Shown: positions 47,514 to 61,100 of the stretch, one piece after another
Layout: each line of letters begins with the position of its first letter
Numbering within the stretch: position 1 is the first letter of the stretch
Assembly (NCBI GenBank): GCA_048128005.1
Contig: JBEUKZ010000054.1
Span: forward strand, 1,364,001-1,428,000
Reading direction: 5' to 3'
Length of the DNA stretch: 64,000 bases
Source of the DNA: Veleropilina oligotropha
Lineage: Eukaryota
The notes under the pieces: model-generated
Told to the model about the DNA's origin: nothing
What the model saw: only the letters and a program-made list of their open reading frames with translations
The model's database searches: none
Position numbers and translations under genes: made by a program

Positions 47514-47740
47514 TCCCTAACGTTCGCAGTCTGATACCCACAGCCCTTACACAGCGTAAACCGGTTGAAAACGCCCTTCCCGCATTTGCTGCAGGGTTTT
47601 GTGCCCCGGCCATTTCGCCGTTGCCGAGCCAGGTGGACTTTGCAAAACTCTCTCAGGCATCTCTTACCACATAACTCCGTGGAGCTGATGGTGAGCCATT
47701 GACAGGTGTCCGTGCCCCACATATTGATAGCGGATATCAT
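47447..47740 (-). CDS. Small Cys/His-rich putative zinc-binding protein
   Basis: C...CGKRC...FCKVH and CSKC...CKGC. Confidence 0.55.
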   Translation of the reverse strand: MISAINMWGTDTCQWLTISSTELCGKRCLREFCKVHLARQRRNGRGTKPCSKCGKGVFNRFTLCKGCGYQTANVRDWRRKNRPFEREFLRMAAIYHA

Positions 47741-47766
47741 CGCATATACCAGTCTCTAAATAGAGT

Positions 47767-48048
47767 ATGACACTAAGATATCGAGCCCGGTGCACGGCGA
47801 GAAATAACCGGCATGTTAGACGTTGTGTAGTTATACTTGAAAGCAACATGCCGCAGGAAGACATTATTACGCTGTACAGCGAACGGAGCTTCAGGCGCGT
47901 TAAAAACCTCTTAAACCGGGGCTATAACGTTTTGATCGTTGTACTCGACAATGGTGAACAAGCGATATATAAGAAGAAGACCAAAGACGGTAGAAAGGGA
48001 GTTGCACGAAATCAAACTCACCCCCCCTGCTACTGCTCGCATAACTGA
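47767..48048 (+). CDS. Hypothetical basic 93-aa protein
   Basis: ATG-initiated ORF next to the right TIR; no recognisable motif. Confidence 0.35.
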   Translation: MTLRYRARCTARNNRHVRRCVVILESNMPQEDIITLYSERSFRRVKNLLNRGYNVLIVVLDNGEQAIYKKKTKDGRKGVARNQTHPPCYCSHN

Positions 48049-48100
48049 GGAGCCCGGGCCGGCGAGGGTAGTGGGCCGTCCCTGGGGGCTCTATGTCGCT

Positions 48101-48387
48101 GTACACACGGTAACTTTTTTGTAATACACGATATACCCTGGGGTCTGAAATATAGCTGGGAGCCTTCCCGGTCGCCCCGGGGCCCTAGTCTAAACTCCCC
48201 TGCTGACTAGTCCGAGCTACCCTGAGTTCTAAACAGGTGCTGGGCGCTGTATTTTCCCATTCTAAAAAGTCTACTGGCCCCCCCTGCTGCTGAGTTGAGA
48301 TCCATATTAATTCTGAAAAGGTGCTGGGAGCCTTAATTTCCCTCGCCGCGCCCCCAGATAAAAGGTATGGTCACCCCCCCTGCTGCT
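48101..48387 (-). repeat. Right terminal inverted repeat of copy 2
   Basis: Reverse complement of 38052-38337. Confidence 0.9.
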
Positions 48388-51057
48388 GCGTTGCCTTTCC
48401 TGCCGAGCGAACATATCGTAGAAGCATTTGAAGAATTAGAGAGACAGGCATTAGGTGTTGACAATGATCTCCTCAAGACCCTGGTGAATTACATTCGTAA
48501 GAATTGGATCGAGAGCTCGGTTTGGCGCCCTGAAAATTGGTCAGCCTTCAGAGAGACGATAAGAACAAACAACGATGTAGAAGGTATGTTTCATGTTTAT
48601 TATTAAAGAACAATATTAAATAGGAAAACGAGATATATTTTGATTTTTAATTATTATAGCATTGATTTAATTTACATTACATTTACAATGTTATTACTTA
48701 ATTATTACAATCACTGATTTAGAAAATATATAGGTTTGAATGACACTCATGTTGTTGTTTTTTATCTTTTGCAGGATGGCATCGGCGGCTCAACTTCAGG
48801 GCAGGAAAAGCCAAACTTTCGTTCTACGTTCTTGTTCCCCTGTTACGAACTGAAGCCGAAGTCGTCAGCATCCAAACCAGACTGGTGTCAGAAAATCTGC
48901 TGACACGTATTCAACGAAAAAGTTATCGTCAAATTCATGGCCGGCTATTCGAGTTGTGGGACAAATATGAAGACGAAGACATCACCACATCAAAGCTTCT
49001 GAGAGAATGCTCTCACATCATCGGTCTCGGTCCTGTCCCTGTTCCTGCAATTGAATAAAGTGTTGTATGAATTGTGACTAATGTACATGTATTTAAGGTT
49101 CCGTATTTAATATAAATATGATACTAATTTTCTTTCCGATTACTGTCTTATTTTATTCCATGTAATTCTAAACTGACAGTCTGTTAATAAAATATTATTT
49201 TGCTTCTTCCTAACTAATGAGCATATCGTTAATAAATATGATATTAATTTCCTTTCCTAATGTTAGTTTCTTTTTGGTTTATTTCATGTTATTGTAAACT
49301 GTTAATTTATAAAGTATTATTGTTGCTTGATTACCTTAAATTGTTGTATATATTGTAACTAATGTAAATATCGTTAATATAAATATGATATTAATTTCAT
49401 TTCCTATAACTGTCACTGTATTTTTTATTTCATGTAATTGTAAACTGTTAATAAAATATTATTGTTGCTCAATCCTCTTGTTGTACAATCTTGTTACAAT
49501 TTTACTTCAAATACATAGTAAATTATTTGATAACAAAAATCATAAAATACACCACATTTTGACCCAGCTATAGATGTGATTCTAATATTATCAAGTCTTC
49601 TTAACATTATCAATTACCATTACCACTAGACCTTTCTAAGTTTGCGTTTTGGCGTTTTGGGTAACAAAACGATATCGCACCGAGTAACTTCAATGGCGTT
49701 GTCAACCTGCATTAAAATAATTCAATATTTCGCCAATTTTATGTCCAAGTCTTTGAATTATACTATAAAACATAACGATACATTTCAAATAACGTATAAA
49801 TAATACAGAACAGACAAAATGAATTTATATAAGAAGCTCTCAGTGAAAATACGAAACTATATACGGTAGGCCTAATATGTTTTGCAAATGGCGAAGTAAA
49901 AACAGGCTCAGCGTACATTTTGCAAACGATTTATACACGACGACTCGACCTAAACAACAAAAATACGTCCTGGTATATAAATAGGAAACGTTTTAATGTC
50001 ATATGTTATATGTATGTCTTATTTTGGGTTGCTGAAGTGCGATTTTTAAACTTGGGGCGAAACCTCCTGGGACATTTGTTAGCATGGGGCGAACCCGTAC
50101 TGGGGCGAACTTGATTGGGGCGAAACCTCTGTAAACCGACTGATGTACTGATCGATGAGCGAATCTGTCATACACGTAGCCTATTATTCATAGCATCAAT
50201 GCCGCTCGCATATGTACATATGTATGCATATGTATACGTATATATCATGATTAAACAAACGTATCGTAATATATAATTAAATGCTATTTATCAACCCTTC
50301 TAATATTCGTTTCGTTTCGTTCGCCGTTTCGTAGTCTGATTAAAAGTTCGCATGGAAGTTTGCTTCGCCGATTACACTAAGCCCTACAAACAGCTCTATT
50401 ATCAACTGTTTGTATTTAGATTTAATGTCACGTGAGTTCATCAACCTATCTGACACCTGTTACATGTATTCAGTTCACTCCAGTTTTCATTTGCATCTGT
50501 TCAAAATGTCAGAAGAACTATGTGCAAAGACAAAGGGAAATGTATTAACCATTCACCATCTTGAATAAAAAACATTGAGACTCAAAAGGGAAGAAACGGC
50601 TGTGAATATTGTAGCAGATATGAACATCTGGAAAACTACATTTTCCGATATGAAATCACAGAAAGATAACTCAAGAACTTCATCATCAAGAAATGTTGTT
50701 GTGGCAAATGTGCGTAGGCCTACATGTACTGGCGATGACTGAAGTTGATTTAAACAATATTTTATTGACGTAAACCTACATCAAAAGGATCGACGAACAG
50801 GCAAATTGCCTATGCTAACATCTCTCCTATAATTACAACTTAAAATACAATAAAATAACATGAGAGCACAAAACTATATTTTGATAAACTGAATGAATAT
50901 GATAGATGATGTCTAAGTATACTATTAATAAATTTGTAATGCTATACTACTTCAAAAATGAATGAATCGTTTCGATTTGCCAAAAATATGATAGTAACAA
51001 AATAATTGTTATATAGGAAAATAGTAATAGTAGGATAAAAAACAGAGTAACGAAAAC

Positions 51058-52188
51058 AACAAGTATTGACAATATATTACGATAATACTAACGATATGCC
51101 AAAACCCCTGACTTCAAGATTAATCGACAACGCTTTAACCATTTGCGCTATTCGTAGATTTCTAATCAAGATGATATTGTAGGCTATATATTTGGTGTTC
51201 GATTTTTTAATTTGAAAATTTTGCCGAACCTGACAATATTTAACTCGTAATAACTCAATAGTTACTAAAGCGATATACCTGAAATTTTAAAGAAAGGTAG
51301 ATTACGGTAACCTTGCTTAATGGTGTAAATTATATCACCGCGCTACTACAGTATTTAAAGAGCAATCTCAAATATTGCAACGTCTCGACTATTTTAAGTT
51401 TGGAACAAATATTATTGCTACAAATTTGCTCGAACACACAATGTATATCGAGAAGAGTTGTAGATAAAAAATGGCTACTCTATCACTTGTTAAAATTTGA
51501 TGTGTCTAGGGTCAGTGGTTACCGATTTACGGCCCTTTGCATTTTGCTTTAGTTTATATCTAAAATGCTTATAAAATTCTTATTTCACGTTATTTTCTAA
51601 ATATTTTTGCTGATATCATTATAATTTCATCAGGACTACGATTTGCATAACGAATTTACACAATTTCATTCGATTTGGCGAAATTAGACTTTGACGCCCT
51701 ATTTTTTAAATTTTGAATTCCCTGGCGGCCATCTTGTGCGAGGTAGATTCTATATAATTCATGTTGTCATTGGCCACTGATCTAAAGAACATTTTGAGCC
51801 TAATTTGAAGTTTGTACGACCAAGCGTTTTAACGCTACAGCCGAAAATGCGTAAACCGGATATTGCATCATAAAATCCGAACCCGGATCACAATCCAGAC
51901 CATCTTCGAGGAGGACCGAGCCACGGAGAAACGTTATCTTGTGTAAAAATTTCAAGTAAATCGTATCAATAGTTTTCGAGTTATGTGAATGGACATACAT
52001 ACATGCATGCATGCATGCATGCATGCATGCATGCATGCATGCTTGCACGCACGCACGCACGCACGCACGCACTCACGCACGCACGCACGCACACACACAC
52101 ACACACACACGTACACACATACACACATACATACATACGGAGCCGATTGCAATACCCTTGCCTCTCCTCCTGAGGCGAGGGTTATAAA
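51058..52188 (+). mobile_element. HINE/DINE-1-like (Helentron-derived) non-autonomous element
   Basis: 5' AACAAGTATTGACAAT with inverted match ATTGCAATAC near the 3' end; tetranucleotide microsatellite core; 3' stem-loop CCCTTGCCTC...GAGGCGAGGG. Confidence 0.6.
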
Positions 52189-52874
52189 CAGATATACAGA
52201 TACATTGAGTTAAAGTGTATTAGAAGATTTGGTTTGGTTTAGAGTCAACACATATCAGGATATTTCCATAACTATCAAGAGAGGAAATTCCGGTCACACT
52301 GGAAGACTTCATTGTTCGGGGGGATAATAATACTGGGCGGCTCTAAAGCTGACCAAGCATAATAGCATAACATGCATAGATAGAAATGACTTTCAGTGCA
52401 TTATAAAATGCACAAAATACTATCTGAATTCTGTTAATATACACAATATTTAACTGCAATTATGATTCTAGCCTACATGTGCATGTATATCGCAGGGGCG
52501 GCAGTGCCTTTTTTAAAGTGTGGGGGTGGGGCTGAAATTTACAAAATGTAATATCAACGTGTGAAATTCACTCTTCTGCATTCTAGCAGTGCGAACAGGT
52601 TATTTTTTTACCGACATTTTTGAACAATTTCATGAAAATGTATGAGTAATTTTTTTCAAGTTGCAAAATACAGTGACTGAGCCCCCGATGCCTTGTCATT
52701 TTGGGACAAAAACGTCAAAAGTATTACTATGATATTTGTTATCTTTACATAGTGTTGAAAATGGTTAATAAATGTTGGGGAAAAATATCGCATTTACACT
52801 CGCAGAATACAGGAGAGGCAGTTACACACCGTATATTAAATTTAGACCCCTGTAAATTCCCTGCTACGACCATT

Positions 52875-54432
52875 CATTATATACAATATATATAGATTTC
52901 TATAGCGCCTGGATCCAGTAATTCTGGTAAAAGGCGCTTTGTTGCGCGAGTCTGAAATGACACAGTTGAAATCAACCGATGTTCGCTGCTCTGAACAGAT
53001 GTGTTTTTATCAGACGTTTGAATTCATCGAGTTTCTTCACTTCTCTTAGTGTCTGAGGTAGATCATTCCACAGAACTGGAGCCGCTGCAGCAAAACTCCT
53101 TGCACCAAATGTTTTTGTCCTGGATTTGGGTACATTCAGTAGATGTTTAGTAGCCGACCGTAGTGCCCGTGTTGGTTCATATGGTTGAATTAGTTCAGTC
53201 AGGTATCGTGGGCTGAGATTGTGGAGTGCCTTGAATGTAAGCACCAGCATTTTAAACTGAATGCGCTGAATGATGGGCAACCAATGCTGTTGTCGGAGCA
53301 CTGGTGTAATGTGCTCGAATTTCTTGGTGCGAGTTATCACCCTTGCAGCAGTGTTTTGAACACGCTGTAGCTTCCTAAGTTGATATCCAGGTAGACCGTA
53401 CAGCAAAGCATTACAGTAGTCCAACCTCGAAACCACAAAAGCCTGTATGAGAGCTTTTGCTGTGTGGGTGTTAATATGCCTTCTTATCAAAGCAATATTC
53501 TTGATGTTGCTGTATGAACGACTGCAGAGGGCGTTGATGTGATTGTCAAAGATGAGACATGAGTCATAGATAACACCAAGATTACGTGCTTCTGTACTGG
53601 CCATGATGTTGCTGTTCCCAATTTTGAGGCATGGAAGAAGCAATTTTGGATTGATAGACTTTGAACTCAAGACGAGAAGCTCAGTCTTGTCATCATTGAG
53701 CTTAAGAAAATTGTGTGCCATCCAATCTCGGATATCCTCTATGCACCGAGATACAGTTGTGAATGAGTGATTTACAGATGGCACGCTCAGCGGCTTGAAA
53801 CCCATGTAGATCTGAGTGTCGTCCGCGTACAGGTGAAATGAGGGGCCGTGCTTCCTGGTTATATCTCCCAAAGGTGTAGTATACATGGTAAACAGGATTG
53901 GGCCAAGGACCGAGCCCTGTGGAACACCAAAAAGCAATTCCTCCTGCTTTGAAGCATGGCCATTTACACAGACTGCCTGAAATCGACCTGTTAGGTAAGA
54001 GCGTAACCAGTCCAGAGCCCTGGACGATACACCAAACCTAGTTGCGAGTGTCGACAACAGAACATTGTGATCGATTGTATCAAAAGCTGCTGAAAGATCG
54101 AGCAGCACCAGTATAGCAGCTCCATCCCGATCCACAGCCTTCAATAGATCATTTTGGACACGTACCAAAGCAGTTTCGGTACTGTGACCTTCTTTATATG
54201 CAGACTGCATTATCTCACCCAGCCCATTCTTCAAGATATGCTCTTTTAACCTTGAGGCTACAATACGCTCAATGAGTTTTGAGACATAGGGTAGGTTTGA
54301 TATAGGGCGATAATTCTTCAAGTTCTCCGAATAAAGTTGAGGCTTTATCAAAAGGGGTGTGATGAGTGCCTCCTTCAAGGATGATGGAACACAATTCTCT
54401 TCCAGCTTTCTGTGTAAAAATGGATAGTACAA
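52875..54432 (-). mobile_element. L2-like LINE 3' part (RT ORF 52972-54432)
   Basis: YRPISNL, LLDLSAAFDT, GVPQGSVLGP, YADD, SRLDYCN and HWLP; GCGCTATAGAAAT 3' end. Confidence 0.85.
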
Positions 54433-54586
54433 TGGAATCCATGGGCAAAAGAGACAATATCGCAGCGGTTATAATTATCAAAATTGGTCTATGAAATCAG
54501 CGCTGCCCCCCGGGCCCCCAAGCAAAAATCCTGGATTCGCCCTGGATCGCTGAGTAGCATTAATAAATTATTGAACATGCTTGGAA

Positions 54587-55156
54587 ATATAATTGTCTAA
54601 TAAATACATACAAGCCAGAGCCGACCGTTACTGGTCATCACTTGTATCAGTTTCAATGCCATGTTTATCGTCGGTTCCCGTAGCTTAGCGGTAGAGCGCC
54701 TGGACGGAATTCAGGAGATCGCGGGTTCGAGTCCCATCGGGATATATGACATTTTAACTGATACACAAATTTCATGTTCTTAATATGATATGGAGAATGG
54801 CCGTAAACATCGATGCCAGTGCGTTAATATATGTTGGTTAAAACAAAACCACGTTATGCCTCTCATATAATTGTCTAATAAATACATACAACCCAGAGCG
54901 GACCGTTACTGGTCATCACTTGTATCAGTTTCAATGCCATGTTTATCGTCGGTTCCCGTAGCTTAGCGGTAGAACGCCTGGACGGAATTCAGGAGATCGC
55001 GGGTTCGAGTCCCGTCGGGATATATGACATTTTAACTGATACACAAATTTCATGTTCTTAATATGATATGGAGAATGGCCGTAAACATCGATGCCAGTGC
55101 GTTAATATATGTTGGTTAAAACAAAACCATGTTATGCCTCTCATATAATTGTCTAA
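54587..55156 (+). repeat. Two units of the 278-bp tRNA-like satellite
   Basis: tRNA-like cores start at 54673 and 54951. Confidence 0.9.
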
Positions 55157-55783
55157 TACATACATACATACATACATACATACATACATACATACATACA
55201 TACATACATACATACATACATACATACATACATACATACATACATACATACATACATACATACATACATACATACATACATACATACATACATACATACA
55301 TACATACATACATACATACATACATACATACATACATACATACATACATACATACATACATACATACATACATACATACATACATACATACATACATACA
55401 TACATACATACATACATACATACATACATACATACATACATACATACATACATACATACATACATACATACATACATACATACATACATACATACATACA
55501 TACATACATACATACATACATACATACATACATACATACATACATACATACATACATACATACATACATACATACATACATACATACATACATACATACA
55601 TACATACATACATACATACATACATACATACATACATACATACATACATACATACACACATACACACATACACACATACACACATACACACATACACACA
55701 TACACGCACACGCACACGCACACGCACGCGCACACGCGCACACACGCACACACGCACACACGTATACACACATACATACATAC
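55157..55783. repeat. (TACA)n microsatellite (~500 bp) grading into CA-rich repeats
   Basis: Directly visible. Confidence 0.95.
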
Positions 55784-56548
55784 GGAGCCGATTGCAATAC
55801 CCTTGCCTCTCCTCCTGAGGCGAGGGTTATAAACAGATATACAGATACATTGAGTTAAAGTGTATTAGAAGATTTGGTTTGGTTTAGAGTCAACACATAT
55901 CAGGACATTTCCATAACTATCAAGAGAGGAAATTCCGGTCACACTGGAAGACTTCATTGTTCGGGGGGGATAATAATACTGGGCGGCTCTAAAGCTGACC
56001 AAGCATAATAGCATAACATGCATAGATAGAAATGACTTTCAGTGCATTATAAAATGCACAAAATACTATCTGAATTCTGTTAATATACACAATATTTAAC
56101 TGCAATTATGATTCTAGAATAGACTAGTATTGCACATAGCATTTATAATCAAATAGCCTACATGTGCATGTATATCGCTGGGGCGGCGGTGCCTTTTTTA
56201 AAGTGTGGGGGTGGGGCTGAAATTTACAAAATGTAATATCAACGTGTGAAATTCACTCTTCTGCATTCTAGCAGTGCGAACAGGTTATTTTTTTACCGAC
56301 ATTTATGAACAATTTCATGAAAATGTATGAGTAATTTTTTTCAAGTTGCAAAATACAGTGACTGAGCCCCCGATGCCTTGTCATTTTGGGACAAAAACGT
56401 CAAAAGTATTACTATGATATTTGTTATCTTTACATAGTGTTGAAAATGTTGGGGAAAAATATCGCATTTACACTCGCAGAATACAGGAGAGGCAGTTACA
56501 CACCGTATATTAAATTTAGACCCCTGTAAATTCCCTGCTACGACCATT

Positions 56549-57982
56549 CATTATATATAATATATATAGATTTCTATAGCGCCGGGATCCAGTAATTCTG
56601 GTAAAAGGCGCTTTGTTGCGCGAGTCTGAAATGACACAGTTGAAATCAACCGATGTTCGCTGCTCTGAACAGATGTGTTTTTATCAGACGTTTGAATTCA
56701 TCGAGTTTCTTCACTTCTCTTAGTGTCTGAGGTAGATCATTCCACAGAACTGGAGCCGCTGCAGCAAAACTCCTTGCACCAAACGTTTTTGTCCTGGATT
56801 TGGGTACATTCATTAGATGTTTAGTAGCCGACCGTAGTGCCCGTGTTGGTTCATATGGTTGAATTAGTTCAGTCAGGTATCGTGGGCTGAGATTGTGGAG
56901 TGCCTTGAATGTAAGGACCAGCATTTTAAACTGAATGCGCTGAATGCGTACAGCAAAGCATTACAGTAGTCCAACCTCGAAACCACAAAAGCCTGTATGA
57001 GAGCTTTTGCTGTGTGGGTGTTAATATGCCTTCTTATCAAAGCAATATTCTTGATGTTGCTGTATGAACGACTGCAAAGGGCGTTGATGTGATTGTCAAA
57101 GATGAGACATGAGTCATAGATAACACCAAGATTACGTGCTTCTCTACTGGCCATGATGTTGCTGTTCCCAATTTTGAGGCATGGAAGAAGCAATTTTGGA
57201 TTGATAGACTTTGAACTCAAGACGAGAAGCTCAGTCTTGTCATCATTGAGCTTAAGAAAATTGTGTGCCATCCAATCTCGGATATCCTCTATGCACCGAG
57301 ATACAGTTGTGAATGAGTGATTTACAGATGGCACGCTCAGCGGCTTGAAACCCATGTAGATCTGAGTGTCGTCCGCGTACAGGTGAAATGAGGGGCCATG
57401 CTTCCTGGTTATATCTCCCAAAGGTGTAGTATACATGGTAAACAGGATTGGGCCAAGGACCGAGCCCTGTGGAACACCAAAAAGCAATTCCTCCTGCTTT
57501 GAAGCATGGCCATTTACACAGACTGCCTGAAATCGACCTGTTAGGTAAGAGCGTAACCAGTCTTGAGCCCTGGACGATACACCAAACCTAGTTGTGAGTG
57601 TCGACAACAGAACATTGTGATCGATTGTATCAAAAGCCGCTGAAAGATCGAGCAGCACCAGTATAGCAGCTCCATCCCGATCCACAGCCTTCAATAGATC
57701 ATTTTGGACATGTACCAAAGCAGTTTCGGTACTGTGACCTTCTTTATATGCAGACTGCATTATCTCACCCAGCCCATTCTTCAAGATATGCTCTTTTAAC
57801 CTTGAGGCTACAATACGCTCAATTAGTTTTGAGACATAGGGTAGGTTTGATATAGGGCGATAATTCTTCAAGATCTCCGAATAAAGTTGAGGCTTTATCA
57901 AAAGGGGTGTGATGAGTGCCTCCTTCAAGGATGATGGAATACAATTCTCTTCCAGCTTTCTGTGTAAAAATGGATAGTACAA
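56549..57982 (-). mobile_element. Duplicate of the L2-like fragment with an internal deletion near 56945
   Basis: ORFs 56873-57982 and 56646-56924 are nearly identical to 52972-54432, with the same flanks. Confidence 0.85.
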
Positions 57983-58136
57983 TGGAATCCATGGGCAAAA
58001 GAGACAATATCGCAGAGGTTATAATTATCAAAATTGGTCTATGAAATCAGCGCTGCCCCCCGGGCCACCAAGCAAAAATCCTGGATTCGCCCTGGATCGC
58101 TGAGTAGCATTAATAAATTATTGAACATGCTTGGAA

Positions 58137-61100
58137 ATATAATTGTCTAATAAATACATACAAGCCAGAGCCGACCGTTACTGGTCATCACTTGTATCAG
58201 TTTCAATGCCATGTTTATCGTTGGTTCCCGTAGCTTAGCGGTAGAGCGCCTGGACGGAATTCAGGAGATCGCGGGTTCGAGTCCCATCGGGATATATGAC
58301 ATTTTAACTGATACACAAATTTCATGTTCTTAATATGATATGGAGAATGGCCATAAACATCGATGCCAGTGCGTTAATATATGTTGGTTAAAACAAAACC
58401 ATGTTATGCCTCTCATATAATTGTCTAATAAATACATACAAGCCAGAGCCGACCGTTACTGGTCATCACTTGTATCAGTTTCAATGCCATGTTTATCGTC
58501 GGTTCCCGTAGCTTAGCGGTAGAGCGCCTGGACGGAATTCAGGGGATCGCGGGTTCGAGTCCCGTCGGGATATATGACATTTTAACTGATACACAAATTT
58601 CATGTTCTTAATATGATATGGAGAATGGCCGTAAACATCGATGCCAGTGCGTTAATATATGTTGGTTAAAACAAAACCATGTTATGCCTCTCATATAATT
58701 GTCTAATAAATACATACAAGCCAGAGCCGACCGTTACTGGTCATCACTTGTATCAGTTTCAATGCCATGTTTATCGTCGGTTCCCATAGCTTAGCGGTAG
58801 AGCGCCTGGACGGAATTCAGGAGATCGCGGGTTCGAGTCCCGTCGGGATATATGACATTTTAACTGATACACAAATTTCATGTTCTTAATATGATATGGA
58901 GAATGGCCGTAAACATCGATGCCAGTGCGTTAATATATGTTGGTTAAAACAAAACCATGTTATGCCTCTCATATAATTGTCTAATAAATACATACAACCC
59001 AGAGCGGACCGTTACTGGTCATCACTTGTATCAGTTTCAATGCCATGTTTATCGTCGGTTCCCGTAGCTTAGCGGTAGAGCGCCTGGACGGAATTCAGGA
59101 GATCGCGGGTTCGAGTCCCGTCGGGATATATGACATTTGAACTGATACACAAATTTCATGTTCTTAATATGATATGGAGAATGGCCGTAAACATCGATGC
59201 CAGTTCGTTAATATATGTTGGTTAAAACAAAACCATGTTATGCCTCTCATATAATTGTCTAATAAATACATACAAGCCAGAGCCGACCGTTACTGGTCAT
59301 CACTTGTATCAGTTTCAATGCCATGTTTATCGTCGGTTCCCATAGCTTAGCGGTAGAGCGCCTGGACGGAATTCAGGAGATCGCGGGTTCGAGTCCCGTC
59401 GGGATATATGACATTTTAACTGATACACAAATTTCATGTTCTTAATATGATATGGAGAATGGTCGTAAACATCGATGCCAGTTCGTTAATATATGTTGGT
59501 TAAAACAAAACCATGTTATGCCTCTCATATAATTGTCTAATAAATACATACAACCCAGAGCGGACCGTTACTGGTCATCACTTGTATCAGTTTCAATGCC
59601 ATGTTTATCGTCGGTTCCCGTAGCTTAGCGGTAGAGCGCCTGGACGGAATTCAGGAGATCGCGGGTTCGAGTCCCGTCGGGATATATGACATTTTAACTG
59701 ATACACAAATTTCATGTTCTTAATATGATATGGAGAATGACCGTAAACATCGATGCCAGTGAGTTAATATATGTTGGTTAAAACAAAACCATGTTATGCC
59801 TCTCATATAATTGTCTAATAAATACATACAAGCCAGAGCCGACCGTTACTGGTCATCACTTGTATCAGTTTCAATGCCATGTTTATCGTCGGTTCCCGTA
59901 GCTTTGCGGTAGAGCGCCTGGACGGAATTCAGGAGATCGCGGGTTCGAGTCCCGTCAGGATATATGACATTTTAACTGATACACAAATTTCATGTTCTTA
60001 ATATGATATGGAGAATGGCCGTAAACATCGATGCCAGTGCGTTAATATATGTTGGTTAAAACAAAACCATGTTATGCCTCTCATATAATTGTCTAATAAA
60101 TACATACAAGCCAGAGCTGACCGTTACTGGTCATCACTTGTATCAGTTTCAATGCCATGTTTATCGTCAATTCCTGTAGCTTAGCGGTAGAGCGCCTGGA
60201 CGGAATTCAGGAGATCGCGGGTTCGAGTCCCGTCGGGATATATGACATTTTAACTGATACACAAATTTCATGTTCTTAATATGATATGGAGAATGACCGT
60301 AAACATCGATGCCAGTGCGTTAATATATGTTGGTTAAAACAAAACCATGTTATGCCTCTCATATAATTGTCTAATAAATACATACAACCCAGAGCGGACC
60401 GTTACTGGTCATCACTTGTATCAGTTTCAATGCCATGTTTATCGTCGGTTCCCGTAGCTTAGCGGTAGAGCGCCTGGATGGAATTCAGGAGATCGCGGGT
60501 TCGAGTCCCGTCGGGATATATGACATTTTAACTGATACACAAATTTCATGTTCTTAATATGATATGGAGAATGGCCGTAAACATCGATGCCAGTGCGTTA
60601 ATATATGTTGGTTAAAACAAAACCATGTTATGCCTCTCATATAATTGTCTAATAAATACATACAAGCCAGAGCCAACCGTTACTGTTCATCACTTGTATC
60701 AGTTTCAATGCCATGTTTATCGTCGGTTCCCGTAGCTTAGCGGTAGAGCGTCTGGACGGAATTCAGGAGATCGCGGGTTCGAGTCCCGTCGGGATATATG
60801 ACATTTTAACTGATACACAAATTTCATGTTAATACGATATGGAGAATGGCCGTAAACATCGATGCCAGTGCGTTAATATATGTTGGTTAAAACAAAACCA
60901 TGTTATGCCTCTCATATAATTGTCTAATAAATACATACAAGCCAGAGCCGACCGTTACTGGTCATCACTTGTATCGGTTTCAATGCCATGTTTATCGTCG
61001 GTTCCCGTAGCTTAGCGGTAGAGCGCCTGGACGGAATTCAGGAGATCGCGGGTTCGAGTCCCGTCGGGATATATGACATTTTAACTGATACACAAATTTC

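Larger units (their letters stand above)
38052..48387. mobile_element. Endogenous Polinton-like virus, copy 2 (both ends intact, internal deletion)
   Basis: AGCAGCAG...CTGCTGCT termini; TIRs 38052-38337 and 48101-48387; TSD GCGTT at 38047-38051 and 48388-48392. Confidence 0.92.
35348..49058 (+). pseudogene. MULE transposase (PHD, FLYWCH and MULE DDE domains), 9 exons, exon 8 interrupted by viral copy 2
   Basis: Exons 35348-35450, 35738-36071, 36219-36351, 36540-36704, 36868-37047, 37212-37481, 37707-37776, 37889-38051 joined to 48393-48583, and 48775-49058, all GT-AG; motifs FIDGTF, MLDFE, GCVFH and TNNDVEGWH. Confidence 0.85.
34821..50137 (+). mobile_element. Mutator-like element (MULE) containing viral copy 2
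   Basis: TIRs with repeated GAGGTTTCGCCCCA motifs; direct repeat (C)GACTGATG at 34812-34820 and 50137-50145 (8-9-bp TSD). Confidence 0.88.

Noticed and set aside
55058..55832. ORFs over 200 aa of MYVC/YIHT repeats (also the IY repeats at 16935-17239)
   Set aside because: Translations of microsatellites.
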